From NCBI GenBank assembly GCA_001938485.1, contig MQRK01214937.1, forward strand, positions 1-60,096: 60,096 nt of DNA, written 5' to 3'. A program made the translations under genes and the position numbers. Shown here one piece after another: positions 1-12,768 of the stretch. Within the stretch, counting starts at the first letter, position 1; every line of letters starts with the position of its first letter. This stretch comes from Girardia tigrina (lineage: Eukaryota). The notes beneath the pieces were generated by a model that worked only from the letters and a program-made list of their open reading frames with translations, ran no database searches and was not told where the DNA came from.

Positions 1-560
1 TTATTGGGCCCTACTTCTTTGATGGTACTGTGTCAGGTTCGTCTTACCTTGAAATGCTATCCGAATGGCTGTGGCCTCAGATTGAGTCGAGAATACAAGG
101 TGGTGAACGAATCATTTTCAGCACGACGGAGCAACACCACATTTTGCAATTATTGTGAGAGACTGGTTGAATGCAAAGTTCCCAGCTTCGTGGATTGGAA
201 GGCGTGGTTAGATGGAATGGCCACCGCGTTCGCCTGATCTTACCACACCGGACTTTTTTCTTTGGGGAACGTTGAAAGACTTGGTGTACAACAGAAAGCC
301 TCAAACAATCGAGGAATTGACCGCTGCAATCACCGATGGTGTACAATCATTTGACAATGAGTTGTGCCAAAGGGTGTGCCAGTCGGTATCTTCAAGGTTG
401 CAGAAATGTTTGAACAGCGATGGTCATCATTTCTAAGACTGAATTACTATTCGAACATGAATTGAAACGTCGTTTTTAGTAGTGTTTGAATAAAAATTTA
501 ATGTTTTACATGTATATTGTATCTAAATTTCATGTTTTGCGTTACTTTTGTCACACCCTG
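1..560 (+). mobile_element. 3' part of a Tc1/mariner-superfamily DNA transposon (Tc3/rosa-like), decayed transposase C-terminus plus right TIR
   Basis: ORF 212-436 reads WPPRSPDLTTPDFFLWGTLKDLVY...RLQKCLNSDGHHF. QHDGATPH (cagcacgacggagcaacaccacat) lies upstream at ~119-142. The element ends ...GTCACACCCTG followed by TA (reverse complement TACAGGGTG, a typical TIR start). Confidence 0.85.
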
Positions 561-1941
561 TATAACTGTACGTATTAACAAAATTATTAAGGACACAAGA
601 CTGCGTTTCAAAAAATTTATTTTTATGAAAAATCTGTAATCAATCTCTGATTACACATTTAAAATTCTGCGTGAAACAACCAATATTTAAACAAACTGTC
701 TTTTATAAAATTCATAAAAATTAAATTAACTGATTTAAAGACAGTTTTCAAAAACATTCATTGTTTGCGAGAGTTCGCATTTTACTTCACCTCATACAAG
801 CATTAAACATTTATAATTTCAAGCATACCTTGCAAAAATATTTCCGGATACAACTACCTTTCGAATCTGAAAATTTCAGATTTTTTAAAACAAAAATTGG
901 TTGACAATTTTAATACATATAAGTATGATTGTAGAACATAATTTCTTGACACGAAAAACACGAAATGCCTTAATGATTTCACGGTTTACATCTTATTTGA
1001 TTAAAATATAAAAAAAGACTTGAACTAGTCATCATCAAACAACAATTATACAACCAATATATAGGATGTTACACCTATTACTTATATTTTGGAGTGCAGT
1101 CTGTACGGGTACCGGCCAATTTTACGGGCATCGAGCACTAATGCACGATTATCATAATATGTAAAGGAAAACAAAAAAGATAAATTTTGTTTTTATTTTC
1201 CACTGTTTAAACTTCATTACGAACTTCCGGGGCTACCCGACTTTGACTTGGAAAATATTTACCCTATTTGAGAGATGGCAAGAGGCTTGAATTTTCACTA
1301 AAGCTTCATATTAGTCGTTTAAGCCATTGCTTGCTAATTCATATTTCTATGTAGAATATATGATTCACACAAACATAAAATTTTTTATGGTAAAGCCGTC
1401 TGATATACAACCTTCTTAGTTCTGTCAGCATTGAAAGTATATATACTATAAATATTCTTTACTGACACAACTCGGATCTGAGATTTAGAAAGTAATTTTT
1501 ATTTTTACTTTCTAGGTATACATGTATCCATGGAATTTAAAAACTTATTTTTGAAGGCTTTTTACTTAATCAACTATTTTTACGCAACTCGGATCTGATA
1601 TTTAAAAAGTGATTTTTATTCCACATATTCTTAAAGAAATTTTTTTAGAAAGATTTTCAGTAGTTTTGTTCATGTTTGTTTACAATCTACTTAGTTTTTT
1701 GATCATATTATCAGATCTTTTCGATAATGAATATGCCATTTAAGGGGTTAACAAAAGTTAAATTTGCATTAGGGTTCTCAAAACTCATCTTTTGATCCAT
1801 TCTGTTCCATTCAAAAAACACATTTTCAGCTGTTTGAAACTACTGCAATCTGAATAGTCGAATAAAGAACTGGAATACAATATTTTTTCTAAAAAAAGTA
1901 ACTCTCGGCCTACATCTTGGTGAGGAGAATCTTTGTAATTA

Positions 1942-3231
1942 CGTGGTGCGATCCCTAAGTCTTTAGACTTGTTGATAAATAAGATTATGACGTATATGCC
2001 GTTGATACTATAAATAGATGAGCTATCATTGGGTACAGATATGACTCACCATACCCAATCTGTATGTGTGAGTGGTGCGTACAGCCATTATTTCACTTTT
2101 TACAGTACACATGGACAGTAACGTCGAATATCGCAGCGTGATAAAATTTCTGCTCCTGCGCAATACTAAAAGCTTGGATATGTTGCAGCAGTTGCAGGAA
2201 GCTAACGGTGACCATCACATGCATTAGTGTATAATTGGATCAGAGACTTTAAACATGGCCGACAATCCGTTTTTGATGATGAGAGATTAGGACGACCGTG
2301 TGAAATTTTAACCGGGAAAAGTGATTTGTGTATGAAGATCGTGTCGGAAGAGAGACTAATAAGCATCCGTAAACTTGCACAGCGTCTATCCATCAGCTAC
2401 CATTCTACATATGATATTCTGCAATCATTTGGAGTTTGCAAACTGTGTTCACGTTTTGTTCCCCGATTCCTATCCGGTGAAATGTGCGACAAAAGTTTGC
2501 AGTGTTGCACTGCCAATTTGGAGTTGCTTCGCACTCATGGTTATCATTTTATCAACATATCATTACACAAGATGAAACCCCGGTGAGCTTGTATGTGCCT
2601 GAGAGCAAGCGTCAATCTTCTGAGTGGTACTTCCCCTGTGAAAGTGCTCCCAGAAAACTTCGAAGCGGCACCTTGCACAAGCTAGCAGCAATGATGACTG
2701 TGTTCTGGGATTCCCATGGCATTATTAAAATTGATTTCCTTGAGAAAGTACTTAAATGAATATTGAGTATTATGTTGAATTACTTCGCGATGTGAGAAAG
2801 TCTCATAGGAAGCCAAGAGGGATCCCATTGTGGTTCCTTCAAGACAATGCACCCATTCACACTTCGCGAGCAACTTTAACTGCTGTGAATGACTGTGGCT
2901 TTCAGTTTGTTTCACACCCCCCTATAGCCCTGACCTAGCCCCAAGTGATTTTGCTTTGTTTAAACACCGAAAGAAACATTTGAAAGGTGTCCACTTACAT
3001 TCAGTTGATGTACTCAAGGAGAAAGTCCTTGGTATTCTCAATTCTTTGCCTCCCAATTTTTTACAAAAATGCGTTCTCTGAGCTTGTTGCTCGCTGGCGC
3101 AAGTGTGTTGATGTACACGGCTCATACATTGAAAAATGATTTACTTTTATGTTATGTACTGATTCTAAAAAAATAAAGTTGATTGGACTTTGGTTTCTTG
3201 TCGAGTCTAAGGACTTATAGATCGCACCACG
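1942..3231 (+). mobile_element. Full-length mariner element (irritans-like), ~1.29 kb
   Basis: Imperfect ~28-bp TIRs (CGTGGTGCGATCCCTAAGTCTTTAGACT / AGTCTAAGGACTTATAGATCGCACCACG) flanked by TA on both sides. Confidence 0.92.
2111..3139 (+). pseudogene. Mariner transposase pseudogene (stops and frameshifts)
   Basis: Fragments across frames: VYNWIRDFKHGRQSVFDDERLGRP, RFVPRFL, IITQDET, MMTVFWDSHGII, LQDNAPIH, HPPYSPDLAPSDF. Confidence 0.9.
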
Positions 3232-3971
3232 TACTCGAACAACATCTCAAATTATCGGGATTTTATATCGATTTTCTTTTATTATTATCTTTCTGTTAGA
3301 ATATTATATTGTTATATAATTTCGTTAAATAAAAATTTTTTATATGTTTATTAATATCATTTGTTAATAGAGTTAACCTAAACATATCATTATATCATTG
3401 GGTTTTTTACAAGAACTACAATATTTATATGGTTTACATCCGTTAACGTTTAATTTAATGCGCTCTAAATTTTAATTTATTTTGCTTTAAAATACTTGTT
3501 TTAATTTCATTAGTTGTTATTTTAAAAATATATACTATATTTACATTTATATACATTTACAAATACATTAAATGTATTTAAATTTACATTTACATAAGAA
3601 GATACGTGTATTGTAAAAATTATTTCTGGAATATGAAACAATTTGCTGTTAAAGATCTTAAAGTAAAGGTATTCAAAGAGAAGAATTTTGATATAAAAAC
3701 TATATATTTTTCATTTTTTTATTTTTTCGTATTTTCAAAATATCATGTCTCTACACTATGCTACAACTTGTAATATTTTAATTTACATGTAAAATATATG
3801 TAATATTTTAAGGTGGATCAAATTAAAGTTTAACGGGATTAAATTAAGGTATAAACCCTGTATTATTATATTAGTACACATTTCACGAAAATTATCAAAT
3901 TAGATCAATGATAATAAAAAAAAGTAATAAAATTTTTCTGATTTATGACACCGTATTGTCAGTGGACACGC

Positions 3972-4310
3972 TTTTTCCATTCTTTTTAATAGTTTACTCT
4001 CTAGGTATACATTTATCCACGGAATTTAAAAACCTATTTTTGAAGGCTTTTTACTCTTTTTACTGTTTTTCAAACTTTGCACACTCACTCATTCTCGATG
4101 ACAATAAATGATTATGTGAAAATTTGATCATTTAAAACTTTTTAAGGTCTGAGAATTGGGAAAAAACGATTCCATCGGAGTTCCTGCACAATAATAATTG
4201 AAAAGGATCTACTTATAAAATATAAGTAGTTTATATTAATTTTTTAATGTTTTTTTTAAAATTATTTTTTAATTAAATCTTTGTTGGCAAAGTAGAGTGT
4301 TGTCTGCATA
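3972..4310 (+). repeat. Dispersed non-coding repeat; inverted copy at ~53355-53733, partial copy at ~1510-1570
   Basis: Shared blocks such as ggaatttaaaaacctattttgaaggc and cattctcgatgacaataaatgattatgt recur reverse-complemented near 53570-53670. Confidence 0.7.
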
Positions 4311-4323
4311 AAGAATGGATATA

Positions 4324-5761
4324 TTAGGTTGGTCGAAAAATAATGGCGGTTTTTGAGCTTTATACTTTGTTTATCTACTTTGATATGTATATAAGTTTAA
4401 ATGCATTAGTGTTAGATATTATTTGAAATCTTATGNNNNNNNNNNNNNNNNNNNNNNNNNNNNNNNNNNNNNNNNNNNNNNNNNNNNNNNNNNNNNNNGT
4501 GCTAAATTAATAATGGAAAAAATTAAAATTCGAGCAATTTTCTTGTACGAATTTAAACTGGGTCGTAAAGCAGCAGAAACGGGTCGCAATATCAATAAAG
4601 CGTTTGGCAAGGGAACAACTTCTGAGCGCACAGTGCAACGATGGTTCCGAAAATTTTCTGATGGAGATGAAAACCTTGAAGATGAAGACGGTCGTGGTCG
4701 TGCAGTTGCTGTGAACAACGACAATTTGAGGACAATGGTGGAAACAGATCCCCGTACAACAATCAGAGAACTTGCAGATGGGTTGGGCATTAGTCAATCA
4801 ACAGTCCTGGATCATTTAAAACAACTTGAAAAAATCAAGAAACTTGATAAATGGGTTCCACATGATTTGAATGAAAATCAAAAGAACCGACGCTATGAAA
4901 TTTGTTCTGCCAATCANNNNNNNNNNNNNNNNNNNNNNNNNNNNNNNNNNNNNNNNNNNNNNNNNNNNNNNNNNNNNNNNNNNNNNNNNNNNNNNNNNNN
5001 NNNNNNNNNNNNNNNNNNNNNNNNNNNNNNNNNNNNNNNNNNNNNNNNNNNNNNNNNNNNNNNNNNNNNNNNNNNNNNNNNNNNNNNNNNNNNNNNNNNN
5101 NNNNNNNNNNNNNNNNNNNNNNNNNNNNNNNNNNNNNNNNNNNNNNNNNNNNNNNNNNNNNNNNNNNNNNNNNNNNNNNNNNNNNNNNNNNNNNNNNNNN
5201 NNNNNNNNNNNNNNNNNNNNNNNNNNNNNNNNNNNNNNNNNNNNNNNNNNNNNNNNNNNNNNNNNNNNNNNNNNNNNNNNNNNNNNNNNNNNNNNNNNNN
5301 NNNNNNNNNNNNNNNNNNNNNNNNNNGCATAAAAAATTGAAAACCCTTTGTCCGGGATTGGTCAATCGAAAAAGTCCCATCCTTCTTCATGATAACGCTA
5401 GACCTCATATTTCAAAAGTGACTATTCAAAAGCTTAATGAGTTGGTCTATGAAACCCTGCTTCATCCACCATATTCACCAGACCTCTCGCCAACAGACTT
5501 CTACTTTTTCAGGCATTTGTACAACTTCCTGCGTGAAAAAATTTTCAAAAACCAAAATGATGCTCAAAATGCCTTCCAAGAATTTGTCGCTTCGAGAACC
5601 GATGCATTTTATGCTGATGGAATAAAACAACTTGTTTCTCGTTGGCAAAAATGTATTGATGCCAACGGTTCATACTTTGATTAATAAACTTTTGTTTCTG
5701 TGAATTTGCACGTGTTTGAAGTTTGTGTCCCAAAACCGCCATTATTTTTCGACCAACTCAA
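4324..5761 (+). mobile_element. Mariner element (cecropia/Hsmar1-like), interrupted by assembly gaps
   Basis: TIRs TTAGGTTGGTCGAAAAATAATGGCGGTTTT / AAAACCGCCATTATTTTTCGACCAACTCAA with TA flanks. Confidence 0.93.
4513..5684 (+). CDS. Mariner transposase (middle hidden by N gap; integrity unknown)
   Basis: MEKIKIRAIFLYEFKLGRKAAET...WVPHDL, then after the gap LLHDNARPH, HPPYSPDLSPTDF and RWQKCIDANGSYFD*. Confidence 0.85.
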
Positions 5762-5860
5762 TAAAAAATTAATTTTTGATTTACTAGTGATTAATGATTT
5801 TCGATAATTTCTGTTTTCCTAAAATCATTAAATCATTATTTAAATCTGATATTAATTTAG

Positions 5861-6057
5861 CACCTAATGAGAGCAAGTGGTGGTCGCTTACGAGCGCTGA
5901 AATGGTACATATTGGTATCGCATGTGTGATCGCTCTGATCTTGCTGATGTTACTGTGTTTGGTGTTGTGTCGATGGAGATCGAACAACCACAAGAAGTAC
6001 GACTCTTGTCAGGACGACAATGGGGACACCAAGATCGGCCGAGGGTACCGAGTGTAG
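5861..6057 (+). CDS. Probable terminal exon of a host single-pass membrane protein (TM helix plus short cytoplasmic tail ending GYRV)
   Basis: Acceptor attaatttag at 5851-5860 (phase 1). GC content rises. Hydrophobic IGIACVIALILLMLLCLVLC is followed by basic RWR, stop at 6055-6057 and AATAAA at ~6212. Confidence 0.6.
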
Positions 6058-6856
6058 CGAGTATAAGGCAAGAGAGTCTCGACACGGAAGCACGTGTATC
6101 TCTATCGATCTGTGTTTTTATAATTTTATTTATTTCAATGAGTCATTTTTCTATGTTTTGTGCAATTTCCGGAGCGAAGAAGTTTCATTTTAGTGAAAAC
6201 GAGTTGTGAAAAATAAAGTTGTACAATTTTTTTTAATGAGTGACTTTGTAAATATATTTATTATTTGATTTTGTATTCCGACGCGGAGAAATTCGTTTTC
6301 GGATGTCGTGTATAAATGTTCGGTTTTTAGCAGTTGTACATTCCCATTTTATTATGACTGTTCGATTCCAAAATATTAATGCAACTACTATAAATAAATA
6401 CGCATATTCGTTTGTATGACCTTTTATTAGTGAGTTTTGATATTTATATAATTTTAATAAATATATTTATTGTTTTATTTGTATTCAATTATTTGGGCAT
6501 TAACCCAATCTCAATTGTTAGTTTGCGTTGGGATTTGGATATTAATTGACTGGCAATACCGCGGGGAAGAGAGCCGACTTGTAGTTCATTGTTTCATTAT
6601 TTGTGGGAACTGCTTGATGATTCTGTTTAGTTCTTTTGCTCATTTTCACAACCAATGGATAACATTGGACATTGGTTTCCAACCATTCATTCGGCTATAA
6701 AAAGACTCGGGAAATTTGAATGCATTTTGAATTTATGTCGGTACGGATTATCTTAGACATGTGCTGCTTTTTCTTTTCTACGCAAACTAAATTATTTTTA
6801 TAAATTTTGTAAACATTTTGTTTTCTAAAAACAAAAAACGCCATTTGTTAAATTTA

Positions 6857-6911
6857 TTTTTTACGACAATTAATTTCGACGGTATAACCGTCATCGTCAG
6901 GTCTCAAGAAA
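6857..6911 (-). ncRNA. Minimal type I hammerhead ribozyme in Penelope pLTR (minus copy)
   Basis: Exact reverse complement of the motif at 7982-8036. Confidence 0.8.
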
Positions 6912-7981
6912 GAAATGAATTTTAAATCTGCTTATATAGGCAAGCAGTGATTATGTCATCTAAACACGCTTAATATGGTTTTCGAGAGACCCGTTTGCAC
7001 ATTAATCTTAGGATCTAAAGATCTGATGTATAGTGCTTCACAGGCCACCCTCTACCAATAGTTTTTAAAACGAGAACACAGAATTTTAAAATCATTTATG
7101 TTTATGTTTTCATTCAACTTGCAACCCTTTCTGCTTTCTGCAATATTATTCCCACCTACATTCCGACCATGTTCTTGGATTCTTTTACAAAGATGACGGG
7201 ACGTCTCTCTAATGTATGTGACATTACACCCATTACATGTAAATTTATATACGAGATCCGAACATAATCCAAATGGGGTTGGAGATTTATTACAAAACAC
7301 ATTTTATATGTTTGTGATATTATTTTTTAATTAAAGGCATTATTTACGCATTTTAAAATTGAACGTTTAAATTGAACAAATCCCTCTGAATATGGAATGC
7401 TTAAAACATATTTTAAAGTTGTTGAGTCTTCTTTATCATTTATAATCGGTTTATTAATTAATTTATCAATTGTTTCTTTGGTCAATTTCTCAACAATTGA
7501 TTTTGAGTAACCATTTTTATTCAATAGTTTTGTTAATTAATTAATGCTATCACAACTTTTTGTATAAGTTGATGATAATGACCAAGATCGAAAAATTAGT
7601 CCTCTAATCATATTATATTTGTATCGAGATTCACAAAAACTGTTTGGTGTTGTATATAACCCAGTATCAGTTTTCTTTCTGTGAATCTCAGTCTCATAAA
7701 TATCTCTTTTCCTTTTAATCAGTAAATCTAAGAAAGAACACAGAAAGGGTTGTAAGTTGAATGAAAACATAAACATAAATGATTTTAAAATTCTGTGTTC
7801 TCGTTTTAAAAACTATTGGGAGAGGATGGCCTGTGAAGCACTTTATATCAGATCTTTAGATCCTAAGATTAATGTACAAACGGGTCTCTCGAAAACCATA
7901 TTAAACGTATTTAGATGACATAATAATCCATTGATGACATAATCGCTGTTTGCCTGTATAAGCAGATTTAAAATTCATTTC

Positions 7982-8036
7982 TTTCTTGAGACCTGACGAT
8001 GACGGTTATACCGTCGAAATTAATTGTCGTAAAAAA
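7982..8036 (+). ncRNA. Minimal type I hammerhead ribozyme in Penelope pLTR (plus copy)
   Basis: GAC-CUGACGA-U-GACGG(UUAUA)CCGUC-GAAA-UUAA-UU-GUC. It has the core CUGANGA/GAAA, a 5-bp stem II, a palindromic AUUAAU helix III and stem I GAC/GUC extended by U-rich/A-rich pairing. Confidence 0.82.
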
Positions 8037-8367
8037 TAAATTTAACAAATGGCGTGTTTTTGTTTTTAAACATAATTTGCCATTATTTTTTAATTTTGTT
8101 TTCTGATTACATATTTTTTATTTACTATATTAGATGGCGTTGATGTAGAATGATCGCCATGAAAACACATGAGAAACACCAATTACTTGAACAATAAGGG
8201 CTCAAAGAGTCTGTCATAACTAGTCATGATTAGACATCAAAGAAATAGGGCTTCATAAAAGAGATTCCAATATTTTCAATTAGTAAACGATTCGAAAGCA
8301 ATTTTTCATCAAATTCCATATTCTTTTGCATTTTCATTTTCTTCCTTTAGCTACCATTTATCATATA

Positions 8368-9115
8368 TTAGGGTGAACCAAAAGTCTTTTCGTATTTCTA
8401 CGTCTTTTTGTTCAATTGTTTCTTCTTATCAAATAAAGATATTTTATATGCATGTGTTATATGTTTTTAATGCTCTTGAACTGCTCTATCACAATATATA
8501 ATAAAACTTCTAATTAGTCGTAAATATAATTTTTATGGTCTTTTAGATAAATCATGGAAAATTTTGAAATTCATGTTCTTTTACGCCATTACTGGAAACA
8601 GGGATTAAACCCAACTGAAGCAACAAAGAAGATATGCGAAGTTGAAGGCGATAATGTGGTCTCAAATCGTACTGCATAAAATTGGTTCAAAGGTTCAACG
8701 AACGCGACATTGACCTCGGAGATAATGCACGTTCAGGCCGACCTATCACCGTAGATTCCGGAGAAATTCGTGAAACTGTCGAGACAAATCCGTCAATAAG
8801 TACTCACAGATTGTCGGCCGAACTCGATATTCCTCAAACATCCATTGTACGACATCTTCACGCTCTTGGCAAGATCAATAGACGATGTCGACAAGTGCCT
8901 CATGAATTGACACAAATTCAAGCCGAAAAGCGTTTCGAAACTTGTCAAAAATTGCTTGAAAATCCGCGCGATGTCCGTTTCATCCGTCGAATTGTAACTT
9001 GCGATGAAAAGTGGGTTTACTTCAGTAATCCAGGCCAAGAAAATCAATGATTGGACCCCGGAAAAATAGCGAAACCGGTAGCGAAACGAGATCGTTTCTC
9101 AAGGAATTTCGAAAG
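8368..9115 (+). mobile_element. 3'-truncated mariner element (left TIR plus N-terminal half of a transposase pseudogene starting at 8554)
   Basis: TA-TTAGGGTGAACCAAAAG terminus. Translation MENFEIHVLLRHYWKQG...RSGRP...VPHELT...RIVTCDEKWVYF with stops. No right TIR seen. Confidence 0.85.
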
Positions 9116-9460
9116 CCATTATAGCTGGGCGAATAACATCAGCAGTTGGTGATTAAGATGCAGGAATATTTTCATTAAATGGGGTGTAGTGGTCCTACCA
9201 ATTACAGTGATATTTACTAAAAAATGATAATCTCAATGTCAAAGGGCAAGAATGCTATGAAAGGTCAAAAGATTCCAACAAAATATCGGCCGAAACCTCA
9301 CAAAACCGTTGTTAATAAAAGCAAAGTCAAATAACTTCATTCAAATATTAATAAAAGTAATGGCGAAGCAATACATAAGAAAAAATCAAATATTAATAAA
9401 CAAATCAATTATTTGAACATTTATTTACATACTTATATTATTATTATTATTATATTAATA

Positions 9461-9750
9461 TGTCGTGGCCATCCTTTGGTGTCGACATTTCTGGAAACTC
9501 TGGGCCCCCAGAGGTTTATAAGGGTTCAACCATAACCCCACGTGTGACATTTGTCTGTGTATTTTCTTCTGGATGGCCGGACACGTCTCCGTCACCCATT
9601 ATCTACAAGTAGTGAAGGGTTTCGAGCGCCTTCAGGTTCTGGAGGCCAGGACGGGCGAATAACCTCCAGCCGGCTAGGTATCGATCGGGGATGATGAAGC
9701 ATACATTAGATTTCCACTTGTTCCACATAATTCACGAGTCACGACGTCTC
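9461..9750 (+). mobile_element. LTR-like fragment, family D (3' boundary uncertain)
   Basis: Starts TGTCGTG. Motif CTCTGGGCCCCCA lies ~37 nt in and is shared with 36102 (+) and 17440 (-). Confidence 0.4.
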
Positions 9751-10296
9751 ATATTCCGACATTGGTCTATCTATAATTGCATCAATCATTTATTCGGTTG
9801 TCTAGTCTCTCTCTAATTTCATGTTTCTATTATCATCGAAAACCCCACCAACAACAATTGTTATCACACTCTTTGAACATTAATGTACATCGTGTAAAAT
9901 TTGTTATTTAAGAAACCTCATTCTAATAATTTATTCAAATTTATTTTTCTATAAAGTGTCTTTTCACTCAATCTAAACTCCATTATTTTCAAAGTTTGAT
10001 TCTAAAGATAATTTATTAGTAATTTATTTCATTCGACATTTATTTATTAAATTTTTTCCAAGGATAATTTATTTTAACCGAATGTATTTGTATACAAAAT
10101 CAAACAAGTTTGCCGACAACATTTGAGTTGCCATCATTGGTCGCCCCTTTTAATGCGGCCTTTCTCAAAAACATGGAGAGGGTAACCAAATCGAATCCCT
10201 TGGTGGAAGAAGTGATAATCCGAAATTTTATCTCACCTCATGTGGTTCAAGTTTGTTTTTCCAAGTCGGGAACAGTGGACACGGTATCATCTAGGC

Positions 10297-10340
10297 CAGC
10301 GGTCGGTAACCTGCGGCTCCGGAGCCACATGTGGCTGCAG
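10297..10340 (+). mobile_element. hAT (Charlie/Buster-type) left terminus
   Basis: CAGCGGTCGGTAACCTGCGGCTCCGGAGCCACATGTGGCT preceded by ATCTAGGC, which resembles the Charlie nTCTAGAn target. Confidence 0.6.
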
Positions 10341-10581
10341 ATGTATAAATTTACAGATCCACATAAAATTTTACAGCGGACGTAAATTTATACGCTCAAC
10401 ATAAAATAATTTTTGTTCTACACAAAAAATATAATTAGTTTTCCATATTATTTAGAAACATATTTTTGCATAGTTCAATATGTGAGGAATATTTTGAATG
10501 ATGTGCTGATATTGTGCATGCAGAATGTTAATTTGGATTGTGCCTCTCCTACACAGATGGATGATTGATATTTTCTTTGAC

Positions 10582-11310
10582 ATGGCGACTTCACACCACG
10601 TGACTCCGAACATCAAAGGTCCAGAAACATTCGATGGATCCGAGCACAAGTTAGAAGAATTCCTGATAAGTTTTAACAGGTATTACAAGATTATGGGATT
10701 ATCAGAGGAGAGAAAAATCCTACTGGTAACACCCTACCTGACTCCAGATGCGATTCTGAGATACGAGAAGGCCCCAGGGAGTACTTGCAAAGAGAAAATG
10801 CGAGCAGCATTTTCAAAAGATAAATCTATTTTGGATTTGATGAAAGATCTCATTGAGTTAAGAGTAGGTTGCACTGACCCGTCACTTGCGTTCCGCAAAG
10901 CAGATGAGATAATCGAAAAATTAGTAGAAAAAAAGTTGGGTAAGAAAGAACTATCAAACTTGGTCTATGCTAATATGATTGATGATGATAACATCGATCA
11001 AGAGATAGCGATTCGAGGTGTAACAAAGGTAGAGGAAATCGAAAACATACAAATGAGGATGTATAAATACGGGAAAAAGAAAAGAAATTCACCGATTGCA
11101 GCATATAACACAAGAAAAGAAAACGATTGGAAAACGGTGGAGAATAAAAGAAGAACACCAAAACTACGGAACGACGAGGTAAAGAGAGACGGTAAGAGTC
11201 GAAACTATAAAGTCAGAAAAATAATTTGTTGATCATGCCATGAGGAAAGTCATGTTAGAAGAGAATGTCCGAACGTTAAGTGTAGTCACTGTCAAAGAAA
11301 AGAACATCAA
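10582..11310 (+). pseudogene. Gypsy-type gag with degenerate tandem zinc knuckles
   Basis: PETFDGSEHKLEEFL...YLTPDA, then C*SCHEESHVRREC and CSHCQRKEH after the stop at 11230. Confidence 0.8.
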
Positions 11311-11464
11311 AACACGAATCTTGGCTTTAGACGAAGAATCTAAAGAGTTCAAATGGCAGAAAGATAATGACGAAATAAATCAGATCAGAAGATATTAGAA
11401 TGGGAAGAACAAAGAAATGGATACTGAAAGACAATATTGTGACAACAATAGATAATATTTTGGA

Positions 11465-11812
11465 TTTAAGTAGTATAATTTTTTTCAAACTTTAATTCCA
11501 GAACAATAGTTTTTAATTGTTTGAATATTTTTTTCAGAGATGTTTACAGTTTCGTATGTGTATCTCACGGTTTCAAACAATTATAAATCTTAAATATTTT
11601 TTCACCATTTGGCTGGGGTTTCTTTTGCACCCCCACTTAATTTAAGTAGTATAATTTTCTTCAAACTTTAATTCCAGAACAATAGTTTTTAATTGTTTGA
11701 ATAATTTTTTCAGAGATGTTTACAGTTTCGTATGTGTATCTCACGGTTTCAAACAATTATAAATTTTACATATTTTTTCACCATTTGGCTGGGGTTTCTT
11801 TTGCACCCCCAC
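11465..11812. repeat. Tandem duplication, 2 x ~176 bp, inside the Gypsy relic
   Basis: Near-identical units at 11465-11636 and 11641-11812, each ending ggctggggtttcttttgcacccccac. Confidence 0.9.
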
Positions 11813-11879
11813 ATTGTGTCCATTTTACATTAGTTTCTGCCATTTTGTTTCTGTAAATATTGGATTCCGAGAACCACAA

Positions 11880-12030
11880 AGACAGAATTCGTGGAAGACG
11901 CTCACAAGATTCTATGCCATACTGGTAGTAAAAAGGTTTATAACTATTTGAAAGATGATTTTGATATGGTTAATATGAGAGAGATAATTAAGGAAATTGT
12001 AAAATGTTGCATAAACTGTCAAAAAAGAAA
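11880..12030 (+). pseudogene. Gypsy integrase HHCC zinc-finger fragment
   Basis: EDAHKILCHTGSKKVYNYLKDDF...IKEIVKCCINCQKR. Confidence 0.8.
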
Positions 12031-12290
12031 TCAAAAAAATCAACGCGATTCCAACCCCAAATGCGATGGCTCCAATTGAATTTGCGTTCTGCTGCATCAA
12101 TGAAAATATTCCACCTGAACTTGCTGATGAGATTCTAATTTTAGTTATGAAATTTTTAAATTGCGCTTCAATATCGTAAATGTTCTTCATAAAAAAATTC
12201 ATTCGCCAGAGCAATAGAGCACCGATAACCGCAAGCACATTTCGAGAATCAGTAAAAATAAAACGACGTAAAGAAAAAGATTCAGTCCAT
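12030..12290 (-). pseudogene. Host membrane-protein fragment, possibly tetraspanin-like
   Basis: Two hydrophobic segments, VLAVIGALLLW and IGAIAFGVGIALIFLISF, flank a ~40-aa loop. It abuts the integrase fragment. Confidence 0.35.
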
Positions 12291-12768
12291 TTTAAATTTT
12301 TATTTCAAATAATATTCATATCGAGCTAATTATTCGTTAAAACAAATTCGTTTTTTTATAATAATAATTTATACACCAAAATCAACAATTTTACTAAATC
12401 AACGATAAAACCTTTTAAAGAAATATAAATTTTGTTCTGTAAGCGAAACGACACAATTAAATTTGTTTTTCGTTTAAATTGAAATAAAATAGTGTCAATT
12501 GAAATAAATTTCGTTCTTTTGAATTATAAATAGTAAATAAAGTTAATTATTAAAATCTGTTCAATATTTGTTCTTTGTCCTTTCTTTGATATTAAATTCA
12601 AGATTACTTCGATCCACAAAAACAGAATAGGAAACGGCATTCATATACAACGAAATATACAAAAAAAAAATAACACAAATATAACCAAAACAAATACAAA
12701 CACAATTACAAGGTTTCCAAACTCTCCTGTACAACAAACAATAAAAAACAATAATAAAAAAAATTTAG

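Larger units (their letters stand above)
6826..8068 (-). mobile_element. 5'-truncated Penelope-like retroelement with inverted pseudo-LTR
   Basis: Minus strand 7740-6956 encodes the RT C-terminus (FLDLLI...RKKTDTGLY...NGYS) and a GIY-YIG endonuclease (LVYKFTCNGCNVTYIRETSRHLCKRIQEH...EALYIRSLDPKIN). 6826-7133 is an inverted repeat of 7741-8068. Confidence 0.92.

Noticed and set aside
4423-5408. Long ORFs through N runs (also ~35.9, 38.5, 44.3 and 58.0 kb)
   Set aside because: They are artefacts of translating assembly gaps.
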